NCBI RefSeq assembly: GCF_001194135.2
Contig: NC_068982.1
Coordinates: forward strand, 117,129,103 to 117,181,756
Origin: Octopus bimaculoides
Taxonomy: Eukaryota
Length of the DNA: 52,654 bases
Direction of reading: 5' to 3'
A program made the translations under genes and the position numbers. Below the pieces are notes generated by a model. It did no database searches and was not told the origin of the DNA. It was given only the letters and a program-made list of their open reading frames with translations. This document shows, in pieces, positions 1-10,184 of this stretch (the first letter of the stretch is position 1; each line of letters starts with the position of its first letter).

Positions 1-57
1 TATATATATGTATGTATATATGTATAGATATGTATACATATATATATATACATATAT

Positions 58-420
58 CCAACGTAGTTCATATATTAACATTTATAAAGAGGTCTTACAG
101 CTGTTTCCAGGATATTTTATATATCGCTGCCTCAGAGACGGTGCGAGAAAATGGTCAAGCAATAGTTATTGCAGAGAAGATATGAAATACAGAGTGAGTT
201 GGAGGAAAGAAAATAGAAGTTAGATACGTAAAGATATTGTATCCGCATTTTCATTATTTGAACAGAATAGTGTATATATAAGTTTCCTGTACCTTGTGTG
301 TGGGTTCCAATATTACTAATAATTGGTCATTCCAAGCTTAGAGTCTTATAAAAGGTGTTATTCGATGGATGGTTTTTTGAAGTGATTTGAAAGTTGGGAA
401 TGTGTTTGTAAGGTCAAATC
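58..420 (-). mobile_element. Penelope-like retroelement remnant (RT N-terminal fragment joined to terminal-repeat sequence with hammerhead motif)
   Basis: The minus strand of ~250-400 translates to PNFQITSKNH...*PIISNIGTHT, resembling the PLE RT N-terminal motif P.F..LPK.HK...RPI.S.IGT. It is followed by a hammerhead-like motif at 92-139. Confidence 0.65.
92..139 (-). ncRNA. Degenerate minimal type I hammerhead ribozyme motif (PLE type)
   Basis: Minus strand reads GTCT CTGAGGC AGCGATA TATAAAA TATCCTG GAA ACAGCTGT A AGAC. Stem I is GTCT/AGAC, the core is CUGAGG(C) ... GAAA, stem II is partial (GATA/TATC), stem III is the palindrome ACAGCTGT, and the cleavage triplet is GUA. A9 is mutated to C. 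Confidence 0.65.
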
Positions 421-1717
421 AAAAACAGGACCATCTACAGCATCTTCCACCAAAGCAACCGAATATAATACCAGCAAGGGCTAATTTGATAAATTTCAAA
501 AGACGATCAACCTTAAGAGCGTGTCCCTGAATAGAGAAACTGCCTCTGCTGACAAACCCACAGCTGAGGAATACGTGAACGAGACGTTCAAGACCATAGT
601 CGAGGGAGGAGATATTCGTGTGAACAAGATTTCAATATGGATGAGACTGGCCTCTTTTGGTAACGGATCACATCTCGGACTTCCATTATGAAAGAAGAGG
701 CCAGACCCCCTAGATTCAAGGCGTAGAAAATCGCATCACTATTACAATGTATGGAAATGCTGCGGGCTTTACGATAGAGCCAGGTCTTATTTATAAATGC
801 AAAAACCAAAGGGACTTCAAAGTCAAAAAGACAAGTATCTGCTGGCGGTGCATTGGATGCACAACCAGAATAATTGGAAAACGAAACCACTGACTGGAAT
901 TCAAAGTGCTTCTCCTAATGAACAATGCTCGAGGTCACGCGCTCGACCTGTCATATGAGGGCGTACAAATCGAATTCTTACTGCCGAACACCACATCGCT
1001 GATCCAGCCCATGGATCAAGGTGGTATTCGTGATTGTAAGGCGCTCTGCAACGCGTGGTGGCTACTATGGACACGGATGATGACTTCTCGCTGAAGGAGT
1101 ACTAGCATGGATGCACCATTGCAACATATCTCCAAAATATTCAGAAGGTCATAAAGAAGATGAACAACGAAACTTTGAATGCCAGCTGGAAGAAATCGTG
1201 GCGAGAAGCAGTCCACGACTATAAAGGATTCTCTCCTGACGAAATCCACCATTTTGCAGTAGATAAGGCAGTGAAACTGGCAAAATTGGTAGGAGGAGAT
1301 GGCTTCACCAATATGAGTACCGAGAACGTTAATAACCTGATGAAGGTCCACTCAGATCCATTAACATATGAGGATCTGACAGAGATGACAAAGTTAGCAA
1401 GTGAGGAACAAGAAGAGCAAAAGTATCCAAGGTAAGAACTCGGGCTATCATTAGAACGCTTCTCATCTCTAGCAAAAACGGCAAAAGAACTTCAGGGAAA
1501 GGCGGAAGACTGGGACCCCAGATAGTTCGAGCGTTGCAGTTCAGAAATGCAATCGACGGAGAAATGGACGGTTATAAAAACCTCCTTACACAGAAGGAAA
1601 GGCAGCACCACAAACTATACATCACTATGCTCCTCACTCGCAAAAAATAGAGGACACGTGTACTCCTAAGAGCATAGGAAGCTTACATATATGAAAATAA
1701 TAGAATAAATATATACA

Positions 1718-1754
<37 letters not shown>

Positions 1755-1845
1755 TACAGTATAGTACAGTTTCTGCTTCGCTGATTTTCAACTATCGAAG
1801 GTCTTTTTGAAACGTATAACCCGCGCGATAGTCGAGGGATTAGTT
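420..1845 (+). mobile_element. Tigger/pogo DNA transposon remnant, 5'-truncated, transposase pseudogene
   Basis: Frameshifted motifs ASKG..DKFQKR, NMDETGLFW (634-660), LLLMNNARGH...FLLPNTTSLIQPMDQG (906-1030) and a C-terminal VKLAKLVGGDGF...LTYEDL. The 3' TIR-like end is CGCGATAGTCGAGGGATTAG (1823-1843). Confidence 0.88.
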
Positions 1846-1924
1846 CATATGTATATATGATTATGTGTTTGTGACTGAGAAGAAATAACGCTTTTTTTCC
1901 CTAAAACTTTTCCGGAGCAAAGTA

Positions 1925-3140
1925 TTAGGTATTTCACATGAAATGTCGCATTTTTAATTACTTGTTATTTCAGCCATTTAAAAACTCAATTATATATACC
2001 TTGCATTTTCTTTTTCAACAATATTGGTATACGAAATTCGTAACCACAGATCTTATGAAAATGATAACAACCAAACTATGTTGAGTGATTTTCTCGTGTG
2101 AATACAAACTGGCTAACTCTGCCGCAGAAGCCGTACGGAATATTAGCCGGGCCTTTATTAATGGTTTTGTTGACATCAGAACAGCTCACAGATGAGTCCA
2201 AAGTTCTCGTTCAGGTGATGATAGCCTTGAAAATAAACCAAGGTGTGGGCCAAAATGAGTTATTTTGCATGATGGATTAAATGCTTTGGTTGAACAGAAT
2301 CCGAGATCAAAGGTTCGAAAATTTTCGTCAGAACTCCAAACATCTGACACAACTGCTTTCGGACACCGTAAAATATTGGAAAAGTCAAGAAAACGGATAG
2401 GTTTGTTCCACATCAACTGAACGAGATTCAAAAGACAGGCGCATCGAAGTGTGCTCCTTATTGCTTTCTCGAATGGAAAAAGACGATTTGTGCATCAAAT
2501 CATTACTTGTGATGAGAAATGGATACTCTTTCACAACAGTAGGCGAACTGGACAGCGATCGATTAAATGCAGAGGAGTCACAAAAACACTGTCCAAACTC
2601 ACGATTGAATCCTAAAAAGTTAGTGGTCACTGTCTGGTGGTCTGCGAAGGGAGTTATTCATTATTCATATTTGCAACAAGGAAAAACGTTAAGAGCAACT
2701 TCGCATTGGCAGGAAATTGATTGTATACATGAGAATTTGAAAAATAAGCAACCCAGACTAGTAAATAGAGATGGCCCAATTTTGCTCCACGACATTACAA
2801 GTCCTCACNNNNNNNNNNTTGCAAAGCCTGAATTATGAGGTTTTGCAACATTCTCACTATTCTCCTGGTTTCTCTCCTACTGATCGTCACTTATTTAAGC
2901 GTTTTGAGCTTTTCATAAGCAATAAAACACTCTTAAATAGAGAAGAGATAATTGAAGAATTCGGACAGTTTATCACAGAAAAGACGATTTTTTTAAAAGT
3001 GGAATACGCGACATAGAGAAACTTTGGGTAAACGTCATAAATGAACATGGATCATACTTTGATTCAATAAATCAGTTCTGTAACACAGAAGCTTTTTATT
3101 GTTACCTTTCAAATACGACGTTTCATGTGAACCAACATAA
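1925..3140 (+). mobile_element. Near full-length mariner element, transposase pseudogene
   Basis: 30-bp TIRs match at 24/30 (1925-1953 and 3111-3140) and are flanked by TA (1923-1924, 3141-3142). Motifs include EYKLANSAAEAVRNISRAF, ITCDEKWILFHN (2502-2537), VTVWWSAKGVIHY, GPILLHD and HYSPGFSPTD. There are stops, frameshifts and a 10-N gap. Confidence 0.92.
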
Positions 3141-3619
3141 TATTTCTGTTGTCTGCGACAGAACACTATATATATGCCGTCACTGCAACTTCCCAAGAAG
3201 TTATTTACGAAAATTTCCGTCATTCTCAAGGTATTAATAGGATATAGATAGAATGATTGGTGACTGGATCAAAATGAATGATCCAGTAAAAGGGTTACGA
3301 TATCATGTATTTCAACACTTTTAGAGATCCATTATCTTCGCCAACGTCTTCTACCATGAAAAAAAAATCTTTAAAGTTTTGTTTTGAGGAATGGAAATTG
3401 GGCATTACTTGATGTCATTCAAGGGATCTGTGAATGAACTTGTTTTGAGAGTTGAGCATGTTAAACGATTCAGTTTAGTGCCAATATGCCGACGTGAAAA
3501 TAAGACAACAAACAAGTTATAATTGTCTTAATGGTTTAATCGGGTGGTAGGGTCAGTATCCATACCTTTCGCGGACACACTGACATAGGTGAAACACATA
3601 TAGCTTATCAATTTACATT

Positions 3620-3900
3620 TCGAATATATGTAAAATGTCAGCTTCCTGACAATATCAATTGTGAGGGAATTCCATTGGGCCGTTGTTCCGGGGAGGAGGG
3701 AGGTATTTTGTGTGGTGCCCGAGGAAGACAGCATGGTGATAAAAAAAAGGATAGGTGAAGAATACAGGAGGGCCTGAGTGAAGTGTTCTTAGTCTCTCCA
3801 GGCTGAGAATAAGAAACCATAGCCATTGCAGTAGGAAAAGAAGAGTCAGAAAGAAGCACATATATGGAGTCGACGCTGGAGAGTATCGGTGAGCAGTTAT
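3620..3900 (-). mobile_element. 3' ORF2 fragment of a CR1/L2/Jockey-group LINE
   Basis: The minus ORF 3528-3734 contains SLLPGTTAQWNSLTIDIV, resembling the C-terminal SF.PRT...WNSLP..IV motif of these LINEs. Confidence 0.5.
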
Positions 3901-4092
3901 AAGTTGCCGCGGTTCATATCTTGAATAGTTACATGTTTAGCAGTATTATCATAGCAGATGATGAAGCAATATGCTATTCTGAGTCTCATTTGTTTTGAAC
4001 AAGCTAATGTCGCTTATTTAGCGAGGCGTAAGTTCAGATAAAAGTTTCCCATGCGGGACAAGCGAAGTTTTAACAGTTCTGACTTAAAAAAA

Positions 4093-4187
4093 AAAGAAAA
4101 GTATTAGAGTCGACTCATTCGGCTAAAAATCTTCAAGGTCATACCCCAGTATGGCCGCTGTCTAATGGCTGAAACAAAAAATAAAAT
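4093..4187 (+). mobile_element. tRNA-derived octopus-type SINE (family A), 3' fragment
   Basis: CTTCAAGGTCATACCCCAGTATGGCCGCTGTCTAATGGCTGAAACAAAA matches the 3' end of the copy at 9078-9834. Confidence 0.7.
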
Positions 4188-5054
4188 GATATATACGTGT
4201 GCGTGTCTGTGTGCGCACGTGTGTGTATGTTATTTTACAGATTTATTGCATATTATAAATTTTGTTGTTTTTCATGTCGTTTATCTTTGGTCGAACGTGA
4301 TCAAATGTGCATATAGCCATAGACATTCCAAACCTGATCAGCACTTCTTATTTAGGCATTCATTCACCTTGATCTACATTATCCAATGTGCGTATTTCAC
4401 TTTTAGCATGTAATGTACGATATGAGAGATTCAGCTGCTTTTTCTAGTAGGGTCACTGACCACGTAAACGATGGTTTGTTGGCTCAATCTAACAATACAT
4501 TTCATGCAGGAGTGAGGTAAGAACAAAACTTTAAGAGAAAACTTTATAAAAATATTTTATAAAAACTCTAGTATATATTGACATTCACAGTTGATTACCA
4601 ACCAAGGTGGCCCAACTGATGGGTTCTTGTCATGTCAGATTTTATGGTTTTCCATATATTTTTCAGTTTGTATTTTGTATCTTTTGTTACTTTTCTATTT
4701 GTGGTTGTCAGTTATATGTGTTGTGCAAAGTAATTGAATTTTGACCAGAGACAAGTTGCTCTCTTTCTCAATTTCCTTCTCTCTCTCCGTCTTGCACTGT
4801 CATACTCTCTCAGCTCACGGGTAAATGCTCACACATCTACATACACTTGTATGCATCATTATTCAGCTACAGTCATATACGAATGTGTATGTGCGTGTCT
4901 GAGTGGTTACAACCAGACATAGTAGACCTGTGATAGATATATTTATAATATTGTTATATAGAGTAGGAAGCCGAATAGTGTTTATAAGGTTTAATGGAGA
5001 TGCCATGTCTTTAGTATGTAGTATAAATACTCATATACATGCATACATACAGAC

Positions 5055-5091
<37 letters not shown>

Positions 5092-6560
5092 CATATATAC
5101 ATACACACATATATACATGTGTATACTGTAATATTTATGAGAGTGTGGGTGTGTGACTAGACGTGCGTGCACCTATATTGCTATATTGATACACTCCAGC
5201 ACTGACTGACGCGCACGCGCACACACACTCACACACACAAACAAACAAACACTCACACATACACACACACATTCATTTATGTTACATTTGTTTCTTTTTT
5301 ATTAAACAAGTTAATTCATTAGTAGATTGTTTCGTCGGATAGAGTCAACCGGTAAAATCTTTTTGTGTTACTGATATAATTTTGTCTAATTTCTCGTTCT
5401 AATTTCTCATCATCATACATTCATTGCTACTCTGGAGTTGTAATGAATGTATGATGATGAGTATGTAATGTACGGTGTTATATTTATGTCTTAATCTGAT
5501 ATGGGAATCGTAACACTGATGGCCGTGAAAGCGTGTGACGAAAAATAATATTAAAAGGACGATTCATAGAAAAATTTCAAACTGCAGTCATGGCTGTGTT
5601 GATTACAGTCCAGTGGATTCCACCAAAGGCACACTGGAGTGAGAAGTCGTAGTTAAGCCGAGTAAAATGTTAAATCTACCACCGAATCCGATCGACGAGC
5701 TTCTGCAGTTTCTCGTCTATCTCATCGCATTTACAAGGCCTCTCTCAACTAAAAATACGAAAGACAGACATTTCTCTTGCTGTTTCAAACAGTGAACAAC
5801 ATGCTGTAATGGGAATTTCTTAAACACACCACTATTCTTGAGATCCGTCTCTTCAGCAACCTATGTTTGAGCCTAGCCATAATCTTTTGATACTTGTCAT
5901 ATTAATGTTAATAACTGGGGAGGGAAAATAAATATTATTATAATCAAAGTAAGTCGTGAAAATGTTATTATCTTCAGACATGACGTTGATTTAGTCTGCA
6001 GTTTAATTATTATATTAAGTAATATATCTGCAAGTACATGTCTCAACTATTTTTTAATACCTTCCAAATACATACCAGACTTTACACGATTAGACAATAA
6101 TATAATATATACAATAAATATTTACTCTTTTACGTATTCCAGATGATTGTCGAATTGGCACCAAACGACAATATGCAGTGCATAGATTATTGTACATGGG
6201 GCAAACCTATCATGCTCCATTATATAAGATAGTGTAATGTTCATGACTTTTATGTTATATTTTGAATATTTACAATATTTATATAAAATGTTCACTTTGC
6301 TTTCACGTACATTCTTCAGAAGAAACCTCATTACTGTATGTGTACTTTTGTAAACCCCCCCCCCCACACACGTGTATATATAAGAATCTGTGTCCAATGT
6401 CTGGTAATTATTCGCATACTTACAGGAATGTAAACAACGCAGCAACTGCAGTTGTCAAGCTATAGTAAGTAACACACACACGCACACAAACAGAAACACT
6501 CACACAAACACACAAACACACAAACACACACTCACACACACAAACACAGATTTTAGCTAT

Positions 6561-6650
6561 TACTTATTACAGTCATTACACTGTGGTCATGCTGGAGCAC
6601 AACTTTGAAGATTTTTTAAAAATTAATTGAATCGACCGTAGTACTTATGT
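6561..6650 (-). mobile_element. SINE family A, 3' fragment
   Basis: The reverse complement contains AAAATCTTCAAAGTTGTGCTCCAGCATGACCACAGTGTAATGACTG, homologous to 9775-9812. Confidence 0.7.
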
Positions 6651-6654
6651 TTAA

Positions 6655-7644
6655 TAAAAAATAACTTATATTGAGGACTTGCTGCGATTCTCTCTCGGTT
6701 TCGACAACAGAGTTGAAACGGCGACCTTTGAGCAGCATTGTCATCTTGAGGAAGAGCTGGGAGTCTGCAGATGCTAAGTCAGGCGAATACGGTGGATACG
6801 GAAGCGACACTATTTTGGCGAGAAATTCATGAGTGAGGATAGCGTGGTGACAGGGTGCATTATGTTCGTGGAGAATCCAATTCATCGCGCTTCACACACC
6901 TGGTCACTTTCGCTGAATGTTTTCTCTCAATCGCTTTAAACATGATGTAGTAGAATGCTCAGTTGACGGTCTGACACCGGAGAACGAATTATCGGTGCAC
7001 AATACCGAGTATGTCGAAAACAAAAACGATAAGCATGATCTTGATTGAGCTGTAGCCTGTTGTGCCTTCAGACGTTTCCAAGATGGCGGAAAAAAATGCC
7101 GATATTGACGAAAGTTCTGGGAGACGCGCAACCAGCAGTAGTGAGAAATACTTCGCAAATATGCGTGAAGCTGTGAGGGGAAATCGTTGAATCCCCGTCT
7201 GTGGGTTATCAGGGTCGTACCCGTAGACTCAACTCTTGTCATAGGTGATGATCCTCGACATGATAAATGTGTTATCAGTGACATGCTAACGGAGTTCTTG
7301 TCAAGCTTCGACATGATGTTCTTTCTGTTCAGTGGTCAGCAGGCGGGGGGCAAACAATACAGAGGGACTCCGCATGTTCAATTCAGATGTCAGGATTGCC
7401 TTCCCTGACCCATACGACAGACCAACAACATCAGCAATGTTATTGATTGTCCTCCTATGATCCTCATGCACAAGCATGAGAATAATCAGAGGACAAGTTT
7501 CTCCACATTTCATGGCACATCTAGATCGCTCACCATCTTTCAGGGATGTTCTTCCGCTTTTGAAGCACTCGTGCCACTCGAGACCTTACGTAGAACCCAT
7601 TCCTTCCTCACCGTAAGCTTGCCAAAGCATTCTCAATGTCTCCG

Positions 7645-7645
<1 letters not shown>
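6655..7645 (-). mobile_element. Mariner transposase pseudogene (second, distinct subfamily)
   Basis: Minus-strand motifs include ETLRMLWQAYGEE, HEDHRRTINNIADVVGLSYGS, PRLLTTEQKEHHV, VYGYDP, KRLRENIQRK, WILHEHNAPCH and PYPPYSPDLASAD. No TIRs were recognised. Confidence 0.9.
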
Positions 7646-7646
<1 letters not shown>

Positions 7647-7733
<87 letters not shown>

Positions 7734-7747
7734 GTATCTATCTATCT
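7647..7747. repeat. (TCTA)n microsatellite
   Basis: Direct tetranucleotide run that truncates the mariner and ends at an N gap. Confidence 0.97.
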
Positions 7748-8299
7748 NNNNNNNNNNNNNNNNNNNNNNNNNNNNNNNNNNNNNNNNNNNNNNNNNNNNN
7801 NNNNNNNNNNNNNNNNNNNNNNNNNNNNNNNNNNNNNNNNNNNNNNNNNNNNNNNNNNNNNNNNNNNNNNNNNNNNNNNNNNNNNNNNNNNNNNNNNNNN
7901 NNNNNNNNNNNNNNNNNNNNNNNNNNNNNNNNNNNNNNNNNNNNNNNNNNNNNNNNNNNNNNNNNNNNNNNNNNNNNNNNNNNNNNNNNNNNNNNNNNNN
8001 NNNNNNNNNNNNNNCACGTTAACTACCGTAATAAACACATTTTTACCGAACGCGAGGAAATGCAGCCTTCACAGAAGCTAGCCCTTTAAAAACAGACTGA
8101 ACTATAGATCGCCGATTTCTTGATCATTTTAGCAACATATAATCTTCACTCGTCAGTATAGTATAGTCAAGACACATAGAAATAAACAAAGAATCAACAT
8201 ACCAAACGAACACCTCATGTATTCTGGACAGCACATTGAAGATTTTTTATCCCTATATATCTATGAAAAAGGCGGGCTTTTCGAGCTGCACTTCGGTAC

Positions 8300-8680
8300 C
8301 ATGTGTTTTTAATCGGAATAAAATTCAGCACTGAGCAATCTTCTTCCTCTCTCTCACCTTGGCAAAGAGCAAGTTGATCAATGACGTCTTTCCTATGCCT
8401 TAAGGAGCAACTAAGAAGAAGAATCCACTAGTAGCATTGCAGTGGAGATTCTATTCCTTGTTAGGCCTGCATAGTTGTGTTCAGGACCTTGAGATACTCG
8501 GACAGTACCAGTACGCAACTGTTTTTTTTTAATGCACAACTCTTGTCTCATCATACTCAGATGCTCTCGCTGCTGTATTGCACAGTCTGTTCCTTCCTTG
8601 GCATCATTCCCTTTTTCAGCTGTTTCTCTTTCCATCGACAGAGACATTCTTTTGGTTGAGCTTGACACCGGAGTCAAATT
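8300..8680 (-). mobile_element. Helitron Rep/Helicase fragment (PIF1-like helicase Walker A region), pseudogene
   Basis: A minus-strand frame reads GFFFLVAP*GIGKTSLINLLFAKVRERKKIA (GIGKTS at 8382-8399), matching the Helitron FFLDAPGGTGKTFLINLLLAKVR...KIA motif. Confidence 0.75.
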
Positions 8681-8789
8681 TGACACCTTCATTCTAGCAT
8701 GGTTATTTACTGATATAGAAATACACCGGTACAGAAGATTGTAAACAATGAAAGTAGCTATAAGAATTGTTTTGGTACTCAGAAAGCGT

Positions 8790-8940
8790 TGTTTCTATGA
8801 AGAACGTGAAGAGTGATATTCTCAAGCTAAAAATATATAGGACGCTGTGACTTTCTCGTACTTTCTCCAGGAACCCTAACAACAATGAGACTGAAATGAA
8901 ATAGAAGCGGTTAAAATGTAAATATTCATCAGCGGCATAT
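8790..8940 (+). repeat. Diverged dispersed repeat, copy 1 (pairs with 9900-10040)
   Basis: Collinear shared blocks CGTGAAGAGTGA, AAAATATATAGGA, TGAAATGAAAT, GGTTAAA and ATATT(C/T)ATCA(G/A)CGGC. Confidence 0.8.
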
Positions 8941-9077
8941 TGTATACATAACGGCGTACATAAATAGAAAGACAGATGTAGAGATAGGCAGAGATAGATA
9001 GACGAATAGATATAGATAGACAGAGAGATAAATAGGTTGGATATATAGATAGATACAGATATATATAGATAAATATA

Positions 9078-9834
9078 GGCGCAGGATTGGCTGTGTGGTA
9101 AGTAGCTTGCTTACCAACAACACGGTCCTGATTCAGTCCCACTGCGTGGCACCTTGGGAAAGTGTCTTCTACTATAGGATCGGGCCGACCAAATCCTTGT
9201 GAGTGCATTTGATAAGCGAAAACTGAAAGAAGCCCGTCGTATATATGTATATATATATATATAGTGTAGTATATTGCCACTTAAGTGTGGCTGACCCCTA
9301 GGGGTGGATGTTACTGTTGCTTTTAGCTCCAGGAGGACATCTCCTCCAGCTGGCTTATCGACACACGACTGTGTCCTGTTTGCCAAGGGAGTTATCCCTC
9401 TCACCTCGACCAGCAGCACGAACGTATCCGGATTTCAGGGTTATTTCCNNNNNNNNNNNNNNNNNNNNNNNNNNNNNNNNNNNNNNNNNNNNNNNNNNNN
9501 NNNNNNNNNNNNNNNNNNNNNNNNNNNNNNNNGTGTGTATGTGTATGTGCGCGTGTGTGTGTGTGTGTGCGTGTGTGTGCGTGTGTGTGTGTGCGTGTGT
9601 TTGTATATGTGTGTATGTGTTTGTGTGTCTTTGCTTGTCCCACCCTATCAACATTGCTTGACAACCGATGGCAGTGGGGTTGCGTTCCCGTAACTTAGCG
9701 GTTCGGCAAAAGCGACCGATAGAATAAGTATTAGGCTTGCAAAGAATAAGTCCTGTGTCGATTTTCTCGACTAAATGTGGTGCTCCAGCATGGCCACAGT
9801 CAAATGACTGAAAAAAGTAAACGAGTAAAGAGTA
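9078..9834 (+). mobile_element. Full-length tRNA-derived octopus-type SINE (family A), interrupted in its internal microsatellite
   Basis: Box A-like TGGCTGTGTGG (9088-9098) and box B-like GATTCAGTCCC (9130-9140), a central (AT)/(GT)n tract, a 3' half TAACTTAGCGGTTCGGCAAAAG...GTGCTCCAGCATGGCCACAGTCAAATGACTG, and an AAGAGT-type tail. Confidence 0.88.
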
Positions 9835-9899
9835 ATAGATAGAGAAATAGATAGTAACAGAAATCTTTAGAAGAAAGACAACAGACATCCTTAGAAGAA

Positions 9900-10040
9900 T
9901 GTCTCTCTGAGGTACGTGAAGAGTGAAAATATATAGGAAGCTATGATGATCATGTATTTTTCCCTGGCACCAGAAAAAGCAATGCCATTGAAATGAAATC
10001 GAATTGGTTAAAGACGTTCATATTTATCAACGGCGTATTA
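9900..10040 (+). repeat. Diverged dispersed repeat, copy 2 (pairs with 8790-8940)
   Basis: Same collinear blocks at 9915-9926, 9926-9938, 9989-9999, 10006-10012 and 10020-10034. Confidence 0.8.
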
Positions 10041-10138
10041 TTTATTTTAATTAAAAAATAAAATGAAGACACTATTAATTATCCGAGGTCAAATTATTCA
10101 TACAACCCAAGTAACTAATCAAATTGCGCAGCCGTTTT

Positions 10139-10184
<46 letters not shown>

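Noticed and set aside
3263-3287. Perfect 9-bp inverted repeat ACTGGATCA/TGATCCAGT
   Set aside because: A few stems of this length are expected by chance in ~50 kb of AT-rich DNA, and there is no supporting context.
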